From an uncultured Alphaproteobacteria bacterium (lineage in GTDB: Bacteria; Pseudomonadota; Alphaproteobacteria; Rhizobiales; Hyphomicrobiaceae), in the NCBI GenBank assembly GCA_963774165.1, contig CAVZEC010000012.1, positions 375,089-439,088 of the forward strand: 64,000 nucleotides of DNA, in the 5' to 3' direction. The notes under the pieces were generated by a model. The model was not told where the DNA came from and searched no databases. It saw only the letters and a program-made list of their open reading frames with translations. Below, piece by piece: positions 20,697 through 30,490 of this stretch (positions within the stretch are counted from its first letter, which is position 1; every line of letters begins with the position of its first letter). A program made the translations under genes and the position numbers.

Positions 20697-21206
20697 ATGA
20701 GTGTTGCGTTGGACATGGCGCGCGTGCGCGCGCCAGCGGGCGATGAGACTTTCCGTGGCGAGTATCTCCGCGCGCTGAGAATGATCGAGCGTCTGCACCG
20801 GCTGCTGCTCGATGTCATCAAGGACGAGTTCGACCGCCAGGGCGGCGCAGAGATCAACAGCGTTCAGGCGCTGCTGCTCAACAATATGGGCGACGACGAG
20901 CTCACCGCCGGCGAGCTGAAGACGCGGGGCTACTACCTGGGCTCCAACGTCTCCTATAACCTCAAGAAGCTCGTCGAGATGGGCTATCTCCACTACAAGC
21001 GGTCCGACAAGGACCGCCGGTCGGTGCGGGTCAGCCTGACCCCCAAGGGGGTGGAGGCGCGCGAGACCATCCAGAAGCTGTATCAGCGCCAGCTCACCTC
21101 CGTGGAGGCCGTCGGCCAGATCTCGCTCGAGGATTTCAAGAGCTTGAACAAAGCACTTGTGCGCCTGGAGCGGTTCTGGACGGACCAGGTGCGCTACCGC
21201 CTGTAG
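20697..21206 (+). CDS. MarR-family winged-helix transcriptional regulator
   Basis: 169-aa ORF whose winged-HTH core is LTAGELKTRGYYLGSNVSYNLKKLVEMGYLHYKRSDKDRRSVRVSLTPKG. Confidence 0.8.
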   Translation: MSVALDMARVRAPAGDETFRGEYLRALRMIERLHRLLLDVIKDEFDRQGGAEINSVQALLLNNMGDDELTAGELKTRGYYLGSNVSYNLKKLVEMGYLHYKRSDKDRRSVRVSLTPKGVEARETIQKLYQRQLTSVEAVGQISLEDFKSLNKALVRLERFWTDQVRYRL

Positions 21207-21477
21207 AGCGATCCGCTTTTCCCTTGCAGGTCAAGGCCGGCTGCCCGTTGCGACGGGCGGCCGCCGCCACCGCACGGGGACGCCAGTCGGTCGCAGCATC
21301 CCGGCTGCGACCAAAGACGGATATGGCACGCCGCTTGCGTTTAGCCGAAAGTGAGGCAACGAGGGCTTGCGCGCGTGCAACCCTCGCGCAAAACGCGTTC
21401 CAGCCCTAGTATATCTCTGGGCTTGGGGGCCTCCGGAGGTTCTATGACCCGGTGAATCCGGGCGGCGGGGTGCAGGG

Positions 21478-22717
21478 GTGGCGGTCGAATATATGAAAGC
21501 CAAGCGGCTCGGAGTGTATGTGGCTGGCGCGACCATCGGCGTCGGTCTTGCGTATGTATTGGCGATCCTGCCCAACACCAGCTCCGTACCGGCATCGTCC
21601 GAGACGTCCAAGGCCGTCGCCAAGAAGGGCGATGGCAAGGGGCGTGCTCCGCCGGCTCCCGTCACCGCCGCGACCGTGATCGCCTCCGACATGCCGGTCA
21701 TCCTGGTGGCGCCGGGCACCGTCGAGCCGTTCGCCAACGTCGCGGTCAAGACACGCGTGGACGGACAGATCGTCGACGTCCTGTTCAAGGAGGGCGATCT
21801 CGTCAACGAGAACGACATCCTCTTCCGCCTCGACGACCGGCTCGTGAAGGCGCAGATCGCGCAGGCCGAGGCGAGCATCGCCAAGGACCAGGCGGGGTTG
21901 CGGGATGCCGAGGCGACGCTGGTGCGGCGCGAGGCGCTGATCGGCAGGAAGATCGTCACCGAGGCCTCCGTCGATCAGGCGCGCTATCGCCGTGGAGGGC
22001 CTCAAGGCCAGCATCGCCGCCGGCACGGCGCTGCTCGAGTCGCAGAAGACCCAGCTCGACTATCTCACCATCCGCGCGCCGATCACCGGCCGCACCGGCA
22101 TGCTCAGCGCCAAGGTCGGCGCCATGGTGCGCGGCGTCGATGCCGCCGCAGCGCTGGTCACCATCAACCAGACCAAGCCGATCTGGGTGACGTTCGCCGT
22201 GCCGCAGGGAGAGCTCGGCGCCTTACGGCGCGCGCTCGCCTCCAAATCGCTTGCCGACATCAGCGTGCGCGGCAGCTCCAAGCCGACGGTCGTGCAGGGC
22301 ACCATCGGCTTCGTCGACAACCAGGTCGACAAGACCACGGGCACGGTGACAGCCAGGGTGATCGCCGAGAATGCCGACGAGGTGCTGTGGCCGGGGCTGT
22401 CCGCGCAGGTCGCCCTCACGGTGGAGCTGAGGCCGGGCATGCTGGCGGTGCCGGCGACCGCCGTGCTGCCGGCGCAGCAGGGCATGATCGCCTGGGTCAT
22501 CGGCCCCGACAACAAGGTGGCGCCGCGCACCGTCATGGTCGAGCGCGTCGTCGGCCAGACCGCCTACCTGAGCGAGGGCCTGAAGCCCGGAGAGCGCGTC
22601 GTCACGGATGGCCAGATCCGCCTTGCGCCGGGGACGACCGTCACCGTCGAGGAGCCGCGCCGCCCGCCCGGCACCAAGCCGGCCTCCGAAGAGCGGCGCA
22701 TGAACGGCCGCGGCTAA
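21478..22717 (+). pseudogene. RND efflux periplasmic adaptor (membrane fusion protein), +1 frameshift at 21988
   Basis: The N-terminal half (TM anchor, VKTRVDGQIVDVLFKEGDLVNENDILFRLDDR, coiled coil ...SVDQARY) is in the frame of 21478. The continuation AVEGLKASIAAGTALLESQKTQLDYLTIRAPITGRTG...PGLSAQVALTV... is in the frame of ORF 21992..22717. The extra C is at 21988. Confidence 0.85.
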
Positions 22718-22733
22718 TAGAGGGAAGCCGGCC

Positions 22734-25700
22734 ATGCGCCTTTCCGAGCTCTGCATCCGACGCCCGGTCATGACGACGCTGGTCATGGCCTCGCTGCTGC
22801 TGGCGGGCTTCTTCGGCTATCGCCAGCTGCCGATCGCCGCCATCCCGCGCATCGAGGTGCCGACCATCACGGTCAGCGTGCAGTACCCCGGCGCCAGCCC
22901 CGATACCATGGCCGTGTCGGTGGCGGCGCCGCTGGAGCGGCAGTTCGCCACCATTGCCGGCATCACTTCGATCACCTCGCTCAGCACCCAGGGCAACACG
23001 CAGGTCACGCTGGAGTTCGACCTCAATCGCAGCATCGACGCGGCCGCGCTCGACGTGCAATCGTCGATCTCGGTGGCGATGGCGCGACTGCCGATCGATC
23101 TGCCGGCGCCGCCTGCCTATCGCAAGGTCAATCCGGCCGACTCGCCGATCATCTTCCTGGCCCTCACCTCCGAGACCGCGCAGTCGCAGGAGATCAACGA
23201 GTTCGCCGACAAGGTGATGAGCCCCAAGCTGTCGACGCTGCCGGGCGTGGCGCAGATCAACATCCAGGGCGCCCAGAAACGGGCCGTGCGCATCAAGTAC
23301 GATCTCGACGCGCTGGCCACGCGCGGGATCTCGGTCGAGGAGGTCCGGCAGGCGGTGATCGCGCTGTCCTCGGTCGCCCCGATCGGCAGCGTTCGCACCG
23401 GGCAGCAGTTCTACATCCTGGAGATCAAGGGCGCGGAGCCCTTTGCCGCCTATTTCAAGCCCGCGGTGGTGGCCTGGCGCAACGGCGCGCCGGTGCGGCT
23501 CGAGGATATCGCCAAGATCGAAGAACTCCGTCGAGGACGACGAGGCGAGGACGGAGTTCAACGGCGTCCGCTCGATCATCGTCTCGGTGCAGCGCCAGCC
23601 CGACGCCAACACGGTTGCCGTCACCGATGCCGTGCACCAGATGCTGCCCGAGTTCGACCGGCTGCTGCCGCCGACCATCAAGCTCAGCGTCTTGAGCGAC
23701 CGTTCCGAGTCGATCCGCGATTCCGTCCACGACGTCCAGCTCACGCTGCTGCATGACGGCGGTCCTCGTCATTCTGGTCATCCTGGCGTTCCTGCGCACC
23801 TGGCGCGCCACCTTCATCCCGGCCATCGCGCTGCCGCTGTCGATCATCGGCACCTTCGCCGGCATGTCGATGCTGAACTTCTCTCTCGACAACGTGAGCC
23901 TGCTGGCACTCACGCTCGCGCTGGGCTTCGTCGTCGACGACGCCATCGTCGTGCTCGAGAACATCGTTCGCTACATCGAGCAGGGCATGAAGCCGTTCGA
24001 GGCCGCAATCCGCGGAGCCACCGAGATCGGCTTCACGGTGCTGTCCATCACCATGTCGCTGGTCGCGGTATTCATACCGATCCTGTTCATGGGCGGCATC
24101 GTCGGGCGCTTCTTCTTCGAGTTCGCCATGACGATCAGCATCGCCATCGCGCTGTCGGGCTTCGTCTCGCTGACGCTGACGCCGATGCTCTGCTCGCGCC
24201 TGCTCAAGGCCCACCACGCCGACGAGAAGAAGCCCAACATCCTCTCGCGCGCCTTCGAGGGCGGCTACAATCTGATGGCGCGGGGCTACCGCGTCTCGCT
24301 CGACGCTTCCCTGCGCGTACCCTGGGTCATGTGGCTGCTGACGCTCGGCACCGTAATTGCGACCGTCGTGGTCTTCGGCATGGTCAAGAAGGGCTTCCTG
24401 CCCACCGAGGACACCAACATCATCATCGTGCGCACGGAGGCGGCACCCGATGTCGGCTTCCAGGCCATGCTCGACCGGCAGCGCGTCGTGGCCGAGCGGA
24501 TCCTCGCCGATCCCGACGTCCTCTACATCAACTCCAACGTCGCCCAGAGCTTCTTCAATCCCACGCTCAACCGCGGCTCGATCTTCGTGCAGCTGAAGGT
24601 GCGCGGCGATCGCCAGGCCAAGGGCAGCATCACGCGACGTGCAGACCCGGCTGCGCCGCAACCTGGCCGGCATCCCCGGCATACGCGCCTTTCCGGTTCC
24701 CCTGCAGAACCTGCGCATCGGCAGCCGCGGCGGCGCCGCGCTCTATCAGTACACGCTGACCAGCGTCAATCAGGCCGAGCTCTACGAGAACGCCCAGCGC
24801 CTGATCGATCGCGTGAAGGCGGCGCCGGGCTTCACCGACGTGACGTCCGACCTGACGCTCGGCGCCCGGCAGCTGTCGCTCGACATCGACCGCGACGAGC
24901 TGGCACGCCTCGGGCTGACCATGGACGTGGTGCGCTCGACGCTCTACTCCGCCTTCGGCATCCGCAAGCTCGCCACCGTCTACACGCCCTCCAACGACTA
25001 CGCGGTGCTGATCGAGACGGACCGGGCCCAGCAGCTCGATCCGGCCGTGCTCTCCAAGATCTACGTGCGCTCCAACACGGGCCAGCAGGTGCCGCTGAGC
25101 ACGGTCACCAAGGTGAAGCTGGGACCGGGCCCGGTCTCGGTCGCACGCCAGAGCCAGTTGCCGGCCGTCACCATCACCTTCAACCTCGGCCCCGGCTACA
25201 CGCTGGGCGAGGCGGTGGGCGCCATGCGCGAGCTCGAGCGCGAGGTGAAGATGCCGGCCACCATCACCGGCCAGTTCGCCGGCACCGCGCAGGTGTTCGA
25301 GAACTCGTTCCGCGACCAGCCGATCCTGATCGGCGCGGCGATCCTGACGATCTACATCCTGCTCGGCATCCTCTACGAGAGCTTCATCCACCCCATCACG
25401 ATCCTGTCGGGACTGCCCTCGGCCAGCCTCGGCGCGCTGCTGATCCTCTACCTGTTCGACGTGGAGCTGACGATCATCGCCATGATCGGCATCATCCTGC
25501 TGGTCGGCATCGTCAAGAAGAACGCCATCATGATGGTGGACTTCGCCATCGAGGCGCGAGCGCGCGGGGCCTCGCCCCACGACGCCATCCGCGAGGCCTG
25601 CCTGCTGCGCTTCCGGCCGATCATGATGACGACCATGGCGGCGCTGTTCGGCACGCTGCCGATCGCGGTCGGCTGGGGTGCCGGCGCCGAGCTGCGCCAG

Positions 25701-25880
25701 CCGCTGGGTCTCGCCGTCGTCGGCGGGCTCGCCGTGTCGCAGCTCCTGACCCTCTACATCACGCCGGCGATCTACCTCACCTTCGAGCGCTTCGGCGCCT
25801 ATCTCGGGGCCGGCCGGCGCGAGCACGTCCCCGCCGCTGGCGAGGCCCATCCCGAGAAGCCGCGCGCCGCCGCGGAGTAG
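22734..25880 (+). pseudogene. RND (AcrB/MdtB-type) inner-membrane efflux permease, three +1 frameshifts (23523, 23752, 24635)
   Basis: A continuous AcrB-like sequence can be read only by stepping frame 0>1>2>0. The three junctions are ...LEDIAKIE|NSVEDDEARTEFNGVRSIIVSVQRQPDANT..., then ...SVHDVQLTLL|MTAVLVILVILAFLRTWRATFIP..., then ...[12 protein letters not shown]|[19 protein letters not shown]... The sequence runs to the stop at 25878-25880. Confidence 0.9.
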
Positions 25881-25950
25881 GTTGGTTCGAGCGAATAGCG
25901 ATGACCCAACACCTGACGGGAATACGACCTATGTTGGGTCTGCGCTTCGC
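25881..25950. repeat. REP-like hairpin element
   Basis: The sequence gttggttcgagcgaatagcgatgacccaac ... gttgggtc ... ttgacccaac has gacccaac/gttgggtc arms and the gcgaatagcg word shared with the element at 27049..27153. It starts immediately after the RND stop codon. Confidence 0.45.
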
Positions 25951-25978
25951 TTGACCCAACCTGAGCGCTATACGCGGC

Positions 25979-26332
25979 TCAGCGGAAGGCGAGCCGCCCG
26001 GGCAGCCGGCTCATGGTGCACGGCACGCCGATGGGAACCCACGACGTATTGTTGAGAAACAGATCGCAGCGCGCCAGCTGCACGCCCAGATGCGTGTTCA
26101 TGCAGACGGTGTCGCCGAGCTTGAAGTCGCTGTCGCGGAAACGGCACCGGCAGGGAATGGGCTCGCCGGTCGCGCCGCTGATCACGCCATGATACGGCGA
26201 CGTGGGCCAGGCCGGCGGCGGAACGCCCGCCGGCGCACCACCCTCGGCCTCCTCGACGGCACGGGAGGGGTGCAGCGGCACCAGCAGTGTCGCGGCCACC
26301 AGGGCCGCGCAGGCGAGGCTGAGCTTTGGCAT
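25979..26332 (-). CDS. small secreted Cys-containing hypothetical protein
   Basis: The signal peptide MPKLSLACAALVAATLLVPLHPSRA is followed by six Cys residues in the mature part (CRCRF...CMNTH...RCDLF...PCT). The start is at the internal ATG of ORF 25979..26362. Confidence 0.55.
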   Translation of the reverse strand: MPKLSLACAALVAATLLVPLHPSRAVEEAEGGAPAGVPPPAWPTSPYHGVISGATGEPIPCRCRFRDSDFKLGDTVCMNTHLGVQLARCDLFLNNTSWVPIGVPCTMSRLPGRLAFR

Positions 26333-26475
26333 CGCTACCTCATATGCGCGGCAGCTTAGCACACCGATAGCGTCGCCGAAACAGAGGCCCGCTGGACTTC
26401 ACCGACGCGTTCCGTTAGTCGCCCCGAGCCTGCCCTTCCGCGCACCCTGCCCGCGCACTCCTGGAGATTACCCCG

Positions 26476-26838
26476 ATGCCTTTCGCCGCTGCTCCCTGGC
26501 CGTACCTGATGCCGATCGTGCTGCTCGTCTGCTCCAACGTGTTCATGACGTTCGCCTGGTACGGCCATCTCAATTTCAAGGCGCGGCCGCTCATCCTGGT
26601 GGTGCTGGCATCCTGGGGCATCGCCTTCTTCGAGTACTGCCTGGCGGTACCGGCCAACCGCTACGGCCACGCGGTCTATTCGGCGGCCCAGCTCAAGACC
26701 ATGCAGGAGGTGATCACGCTGATCGTATTCAGCGGCTTCTCGGTGCTCTACCTGAAGGAGCAGCTCTCCTGGAACCACGCCATCGGCTTTGCGCTGATCG
26801 CTGCCGGCGCGGCCTTCGTCTTCACAGGCAAGTCATGA
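26476..26838 (+). CDS. small DMT-family membrane protein (DUF486-like)
   Basis: 120 aa with four TM segments. NVFMTFAWYGHLNF and EYCLAVPANRYG are characteristic of the DUF486/DMT small family. Confidence 0.75.
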   Translation: MPFAAAPWPYLMPIVLLVCSNVFMTFAWYGHLNFKARPLILVVLASWGIAFFEYCLAVPANRYGHAVYSAAQLKTMQEVITLIVFSGFSVLYLKEQLSWNHAIGFALIAAGAAFVFTGKS

Positions 26839-26848
26839 ACGCGCGCCG

Positions 26849-27034
26849 CTACAGGCCGCGCACCAGGTTGCCCACCATCAGCACCATGTAGGCCACCATC
26901 GCCAGCCAGTATTCCTGGTGCGGCAGGTAGCGCGGCACGTTGATGCCGACGGCGCCGAACTTGGAGACCAGCGCGAGGACGGCGAGCAGGACCGAGATCA
27001 GGAACACGAAGATCGACGGCGGATTGAGGCGCAT
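26849..27034 (-). CDS. small two-TM membrane protein (hypothetical, 61 aa)
   Basis: MRLNPPSIFVFLISVLLAVLALVSKFG ... YWLAMVAYMVLMVGNLV contains two clear hydrophobic helices. The gene is short, so coding status is uncertain. Confidence 0.45.
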   Translation of the reverse strand: MRLNPPSIFVFLISVLLAVLALVSKFGAVGINVPRYLPHQEYWLAMVAYMVLMVGNLVRGL

Positions 27035-27048
27035 GGATTCCCCCAGGA

Positions 27049-27153
27049 GAAGCGAATAGCGAGTGGCGAATAGTAAGCAGGCAAAGGTGCGTAGGGAAGC
27101 GCGCGCGACGCCCAGCGCCCCTATTCGCTATTCCCTACTCGCTATTCGCTTCT
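27049..27153. repeat. long inverted repeat (gaagcgaatagcgagtggcgaatag / ctattcgctattccctactcgctattcgcttc)
   Basis: The two arms are 25-32 nt long and nearly complementary, with a spacer of about 47 nt. The element fills the gap between the stop of 27154..27705 and the start of 26849..27034. Confidence 0.65.
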
Positions 27154-27705
27154 TCAGAGGGCCTTGGCGGGTGCCGGCAGGGCTGGCGCAGCGGGCTCGG
27201 CTTCGATGATGAAGCGGACGGGCGCATCGGCCCGGTCGGCGCCCTCGCCCGTCACCCGGCAGGTGACGAGAAGCAGGCGCATCGCGCCCGAGCGCAGGGC
27301 ACGCGCGGCGTTGCCGCCGACGGTCTTCAGGTCGACGACCTCGAGCTGGCGCTCGCGCCCGTCGCGGCCGGCAATGGTGATGCGATCGCCCACGGCCAGC
27401 GGCTTGGCGAACGGCGTGGGGCTTTCCACCTCCGCGCGGGTGAGCCAGTAGCCTTCATCGCCGACGGTGACGCCCTGGGCGGGCGCCTTGGTGGCGACCG
27501 TGTCGAACGACAGGCCAGGCCGTGACGCATCCAGCGCGTGGCCGAAGCCGCGGTTGAGGAGGAGGTCGCTGCGCAGCACGCCCACGCCCGTCGCGACGGC
27601 CAGGGCAAAGCCCACCGCGAAGATCGCGCGCGTCTTCGACACGACGAACACGCGGCTCTTCAATGTCGCATTGCTGGCCATCAGTCGCCTCCGGTCAGTC
27701 GGCAC
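27154..27705 (-). CDS. membrane-anchored hypothetical protein
   Basis: 183-aa ORF with one TM segment (AIFAVGFALAVATGVGVL) followed by a soluble domain (GDEGYWLTRAEVESPTPFAKPLAVGDRITIAGRDGRERQLEVVDL). The start may instead be the ATG at 27681. Confidence 0.55.
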   Translation of the reverse strand: MPTDRRRLMASNATLKSRVFVVSKTRAIFAVGFALAVATGVGVLRSDLLLNRGFGHALDASRPGLSFDTVATKAPAQGVTVGDEGYWLTRAEVESPTPFAKPLAVGDRITIAGRDGRERQLEVVDLKTVGGNAARALRSGAMRLLLVTCRVTGEGADRADAPVRFIIEAEPAAPALPAPAKAL

Positions 27706-27778
27706 CTACAACTCATATAAACGAAGATGGTGGAAGTGTGGAGGAGGGGGGTAGGGGAGAAGACCCGCCTTGACCCGG

Positions 27779-28273
27779 TCAGCCCCTCCTCCACACGCTG
27801 CGCCGCGGGGAGGCATAGACGCGGCGCAGATGGCGCCAGAACCCGAGATTGATGGCGAACAGCGCGGCGAACGCGACGCTCAGCAGCACGCGGGACAGCT
27901 CGGGGCTGGTTTGTGCCCGATGGATCGATTGGGCAGCCTGGGCTGGCCGCTCGGCGCGGAAAGCCGCCGGGGTCGACACGGACGAATCGGGCTGGATCGC
28001 CTCCTTGGCGAGCGTCGGCAGGGATACGGCGTAGGCCCGGCTTTGGCCCGCGTCGAACGACAAGGCAATCGCCCAGAACAAGATCAATGCGAGCGCAAAA
28101 TCCATCGCCCCGCGCCGCAGTCCAACCTTCTTTCCCGCACCCAGCATCATGCCAATCCCCTCGTCGTCGGCCTCGCTCTTCGACTCAATCGTGCTCCCGT
28201 CGTCTAGACGAGCAAACAAGCAGTCCACTGCGGCGTGGGTAGGCCGGGAATGTGGCTGGTCGTTTGGTTTCAT
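27779..28273 (-). CDS. hypothetical membrane protein
   Basis: 164-aa ORF with two hydrophobic segments (MDFALALILFWAIALSF and VLLSVAFAALFAINLGFW). I recognise no family. Confidence 0.45.
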   Translation of the reverse strand: MKPNDQPHSRPTHAAVDCLFARLDDGSTIESKSEADDEGIGMMLGAGKKVGLRRGAMDFALALILFWAIALSFDAGQSRAYAVSLPTLAKEAIQPDSSVSTPAAFRAERPAQAAQSIHRAQTSPELSRVLLSVAFAALFAINLGFWRHLRRVYASPRRSVWRRG

Positions 28274-28494
28274 GTGGCCGAATTAAGTAAGGTTAGCGGC
28301 GTGTCCTGCCAGCAACGCGCCCCGCGCGGGCGATCCGTCGCCGCGCCGCGACCGCGACCCGATTCTCGATTGTCATCGGCCCGAGCATTTCCGCGCCTGC
28401 CTGCGGCCAAGCCTGAGCTGCCGTAAATCGAGCCAAAAGCGGGTGCCTACTCACCAGATCGCGTAGCGCGGGGAAAGCTCGGGGGAGCAATCAG

Positions 28495-29097
28495 ATGACT
28501 TGTTGGCGTCTTTGCGCAGGTTTGGCGGCGGCTCTCGTATGGGCGAGCACGGGCAGCGCTCCGCTCCAGTCGGCCACTCCGATCAGCCTGCAACGCGACG
28601 GCGCCGTGACGATCGCGGGCCGCGTGCTGCGTTGCGGCAGCGTGCGCAACGTGCTCGACCCGCGCCTGCCCAATCTCGGCGTGGCGGCCCCGGGCGTGCT
28701 GGTGCTCAACCCGGGCCTGCTCAACCGGCAATCCGAGATCGTGCGCCTGTTCGTGTTCCATCACGAGTGCGGCCATCACCACGTCGGCGCCAGCGAGCTC
28801 AAGGCCGACTGCTGGGCCGTGAACGAGGGCGTGAAGGCGGGCTGGCTGGACCGCCCCGGGCTCGACCAGGCGTGCCGCTCCTTCGGCGACGCACCCCCCA
28901 CGCCCACCCATCCCTCCGGCGCGCGGCGCTGCGCCAATCTCGACCGGTGCTTCGCTGCGGCAAGCGCGACGCAGGGCAAGTCGCAACAGGCGCGGCAACA
29001 GTCGACGACGGCAACGCTGGTGACGGCTTCCGTGACCCGAGAGGCTCCCAGGCTCGTCTCCGGCCCCACGCTCGTGCGCAACGGGACCGGGCGCTAG
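28495..29097 (+). CDS. secreted hypothetical protein carrying an HExxH motif
   Basis: The signal-like N-terminus is MTCWRLCAGLAAALVWASTGSA. FVFHHECGHHHVG contains H-E-C-G-H. Further Cys residues follow, then a Gln/Thr-rich tail. Confidence 0.5.
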   Translation: MTCWRLCAGLAAALVWASTGSAPLQSATPISLQRDGAVTIAGRVLRCGSVRNVLDPRLPNLGVAAPGVLVLNPGLLNRQSEIVRLFVFHHECGHHHVGASELKADCWAVNEGVKAGWLDRPGLDQACRSFGDAPPTPTHPSGARRCANLDRCFAAASATQGKSQQARQQSTTATLVTASVTREAPRLVSGPTLVRNGTGR

Positions 29098-29244
29098 CAG
29101 TCAGTCTTCACGCCGCCAGAGCAGGATCGCTTCGGATGGAATCGCTTTGCCTCGTCTCCAACGTGGCGGCCGAAGCGTAAATCCTGTTCTACAAAGTTTC
29201 GAGAGCAAGATTCACGTTCCATGATCGAAGCTGAAGTGCTTCGA

Positions 29245-29772
29245 TCAGAAACGATCTTGCTCCAGGTCCTCGTGCGGGGCGGCGCGATACTGGCGCATGA
29301 GGCCCGCGAAGCGGCCGATGAACATGCCGGCCAGCATGCCGGAAATGACGACCTCGGACAGCCAGAAACGCGCCTCGGCGAACAGCGCCGGCTGGGTCGC
29401 ATGCAGGAACCCGAACTCGTACTTGGTCGTGAAGATCAGGAGGATCAGGATCAGCGTCAGCGGCCCGCCGGCGGTGCGGACGAGGTGGCGCACCTTGTCG
29501 GCGCGGATCGGCTGCAGGCCGGCGATCACGATCCCGACCGCGATGCCACCGACCAGCGCCGCCGCCCACGGAACGACCCGCAGCAGCGCGAGCCCGTGCA
29601 TCTGGTAGAGGCTGAACAGCCCCCAGGCGAAGAACACCGCGGGCAGAATGGCGATGCGCCAGAGCGGCGCCGTCGCCGGCCGCAGGGCCCGGATGCCGAT
29701 GAACAGCAGGTACGCCAGCAGCACCCAGACCCAGATCGGGGTGTTGCTGACGATTTGCATGATGGGGGTCAT
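29245..29772 (-). CDS. multi-pass membrane protein (hypothetical)
   Basis: From MTPIMQIVSNTPIWVWVLLAYLLFIG there are five or six hydrophobic segments. The start is at the internal ATG of ORF 29245..29814. Confidence 0.6.
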   Translation of the reverse strand: MTPIMQIVSNTPIWVWVLLAYLLFIGIRALRPATAPLWRIAILPAVFFAWGLFSLYQMHGLALLRVVPWAAALVGGIAVGIVIAGLQPIRADKVRHLVRTAGGPLTLILILLIFTTKYEFGFLHATQPALFAEARFWLSEVVISGMLAGMFIGRFAGLMRQYRAAPHEDLEQDRF

Positions 29773-29974
29773 CGAAGGCTCCAGGCTCCTGGCGCGGCGG
29801 ACGTAGATACCCACGACATCGTGGCGAGATCAAACCTAACGCGCGCCTTCGCCCGCTTATCCCGCGCTATCGGCAATTGCGTCGTCTTGGACCCGATTGG
29901 GGATGACGTTCGCCGGCCGCTCCGTAGATACCCTGCATCCGCACCGGCCGAGCGCCGATCGCAAGGAGTTGCAC

Positions 29975-30322
29975 ATGAAATCGCTTGCCGCGTTGAGCCT
30001 GGGTGCCGTGCTGGCCGTCTCGGCCGCCGGTCCCGCCTCGGCTCATTCGTATGGGTGTCACGACGGGATCGCCGCATGGGGCAGGATGTCAAACGGCCTC
30101 AACTTCGACCCGCCGCGGCGCTACGACACCGAGCGGCTCGCCCGCAGCCGCGCCATCGCGGCGTGGCGGCAGAAGGTCGCCGCCCGGTGCCCGAGCCGCT
30201 CGACCTTCTGGTGGCGCGCCCACGACAAGCGGGTCGATTGCGAGGGCTACGCCGGCGGCGTCGCCTGCCAGGTCCGGGCCGCGCCTGCACGCAAGCTGCT
30301 GTATTTCGGGGCTGCCGACTGA
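29975..30322 (+). CDS. small secreted hypothetical protein
   Basis: The ATG at 29975 is preceded by AAGGAG. The signal peptide is MKSLAALSLGAVLAVSAAGPASA. The mature part has four Cys residues. Confidence 0.55.
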   Translation: MKSLAALSLGAVLAVSAAGPASAHSYGCHDGIAAWGRMSNGLNFDPPRRYDTERLARSRAIAAWRQKVAARCPSRSTFWWRAHDKRVDCEGYAGGVACQVRAAPARKLLYFGAAD

Positions 30323-30490
30323 GGCGGCAACGACGGTCGATCGGACCGCCTCCACGCGACCGGCGAGGGCTTTGGACCATTTCGTCGCCCTGGGCAGGTG
30401 TTCCGCCTCGAGCAGGCCGGACGCCGGAGTGTGTAAGAGCCGCGCCAAGTGGTAAACTCTGCTCTCGTCGTTACCGGGGGATAGAGCCAG

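Noticed and set aside
25881-25900. tRNA fragment suggested by a T-loop-like ggttcgag word
   Set aside because: No acceptor, D or anticodon arms can be drawn around it. It is part of a REP-like hairpin immediately after the RND stop codon.
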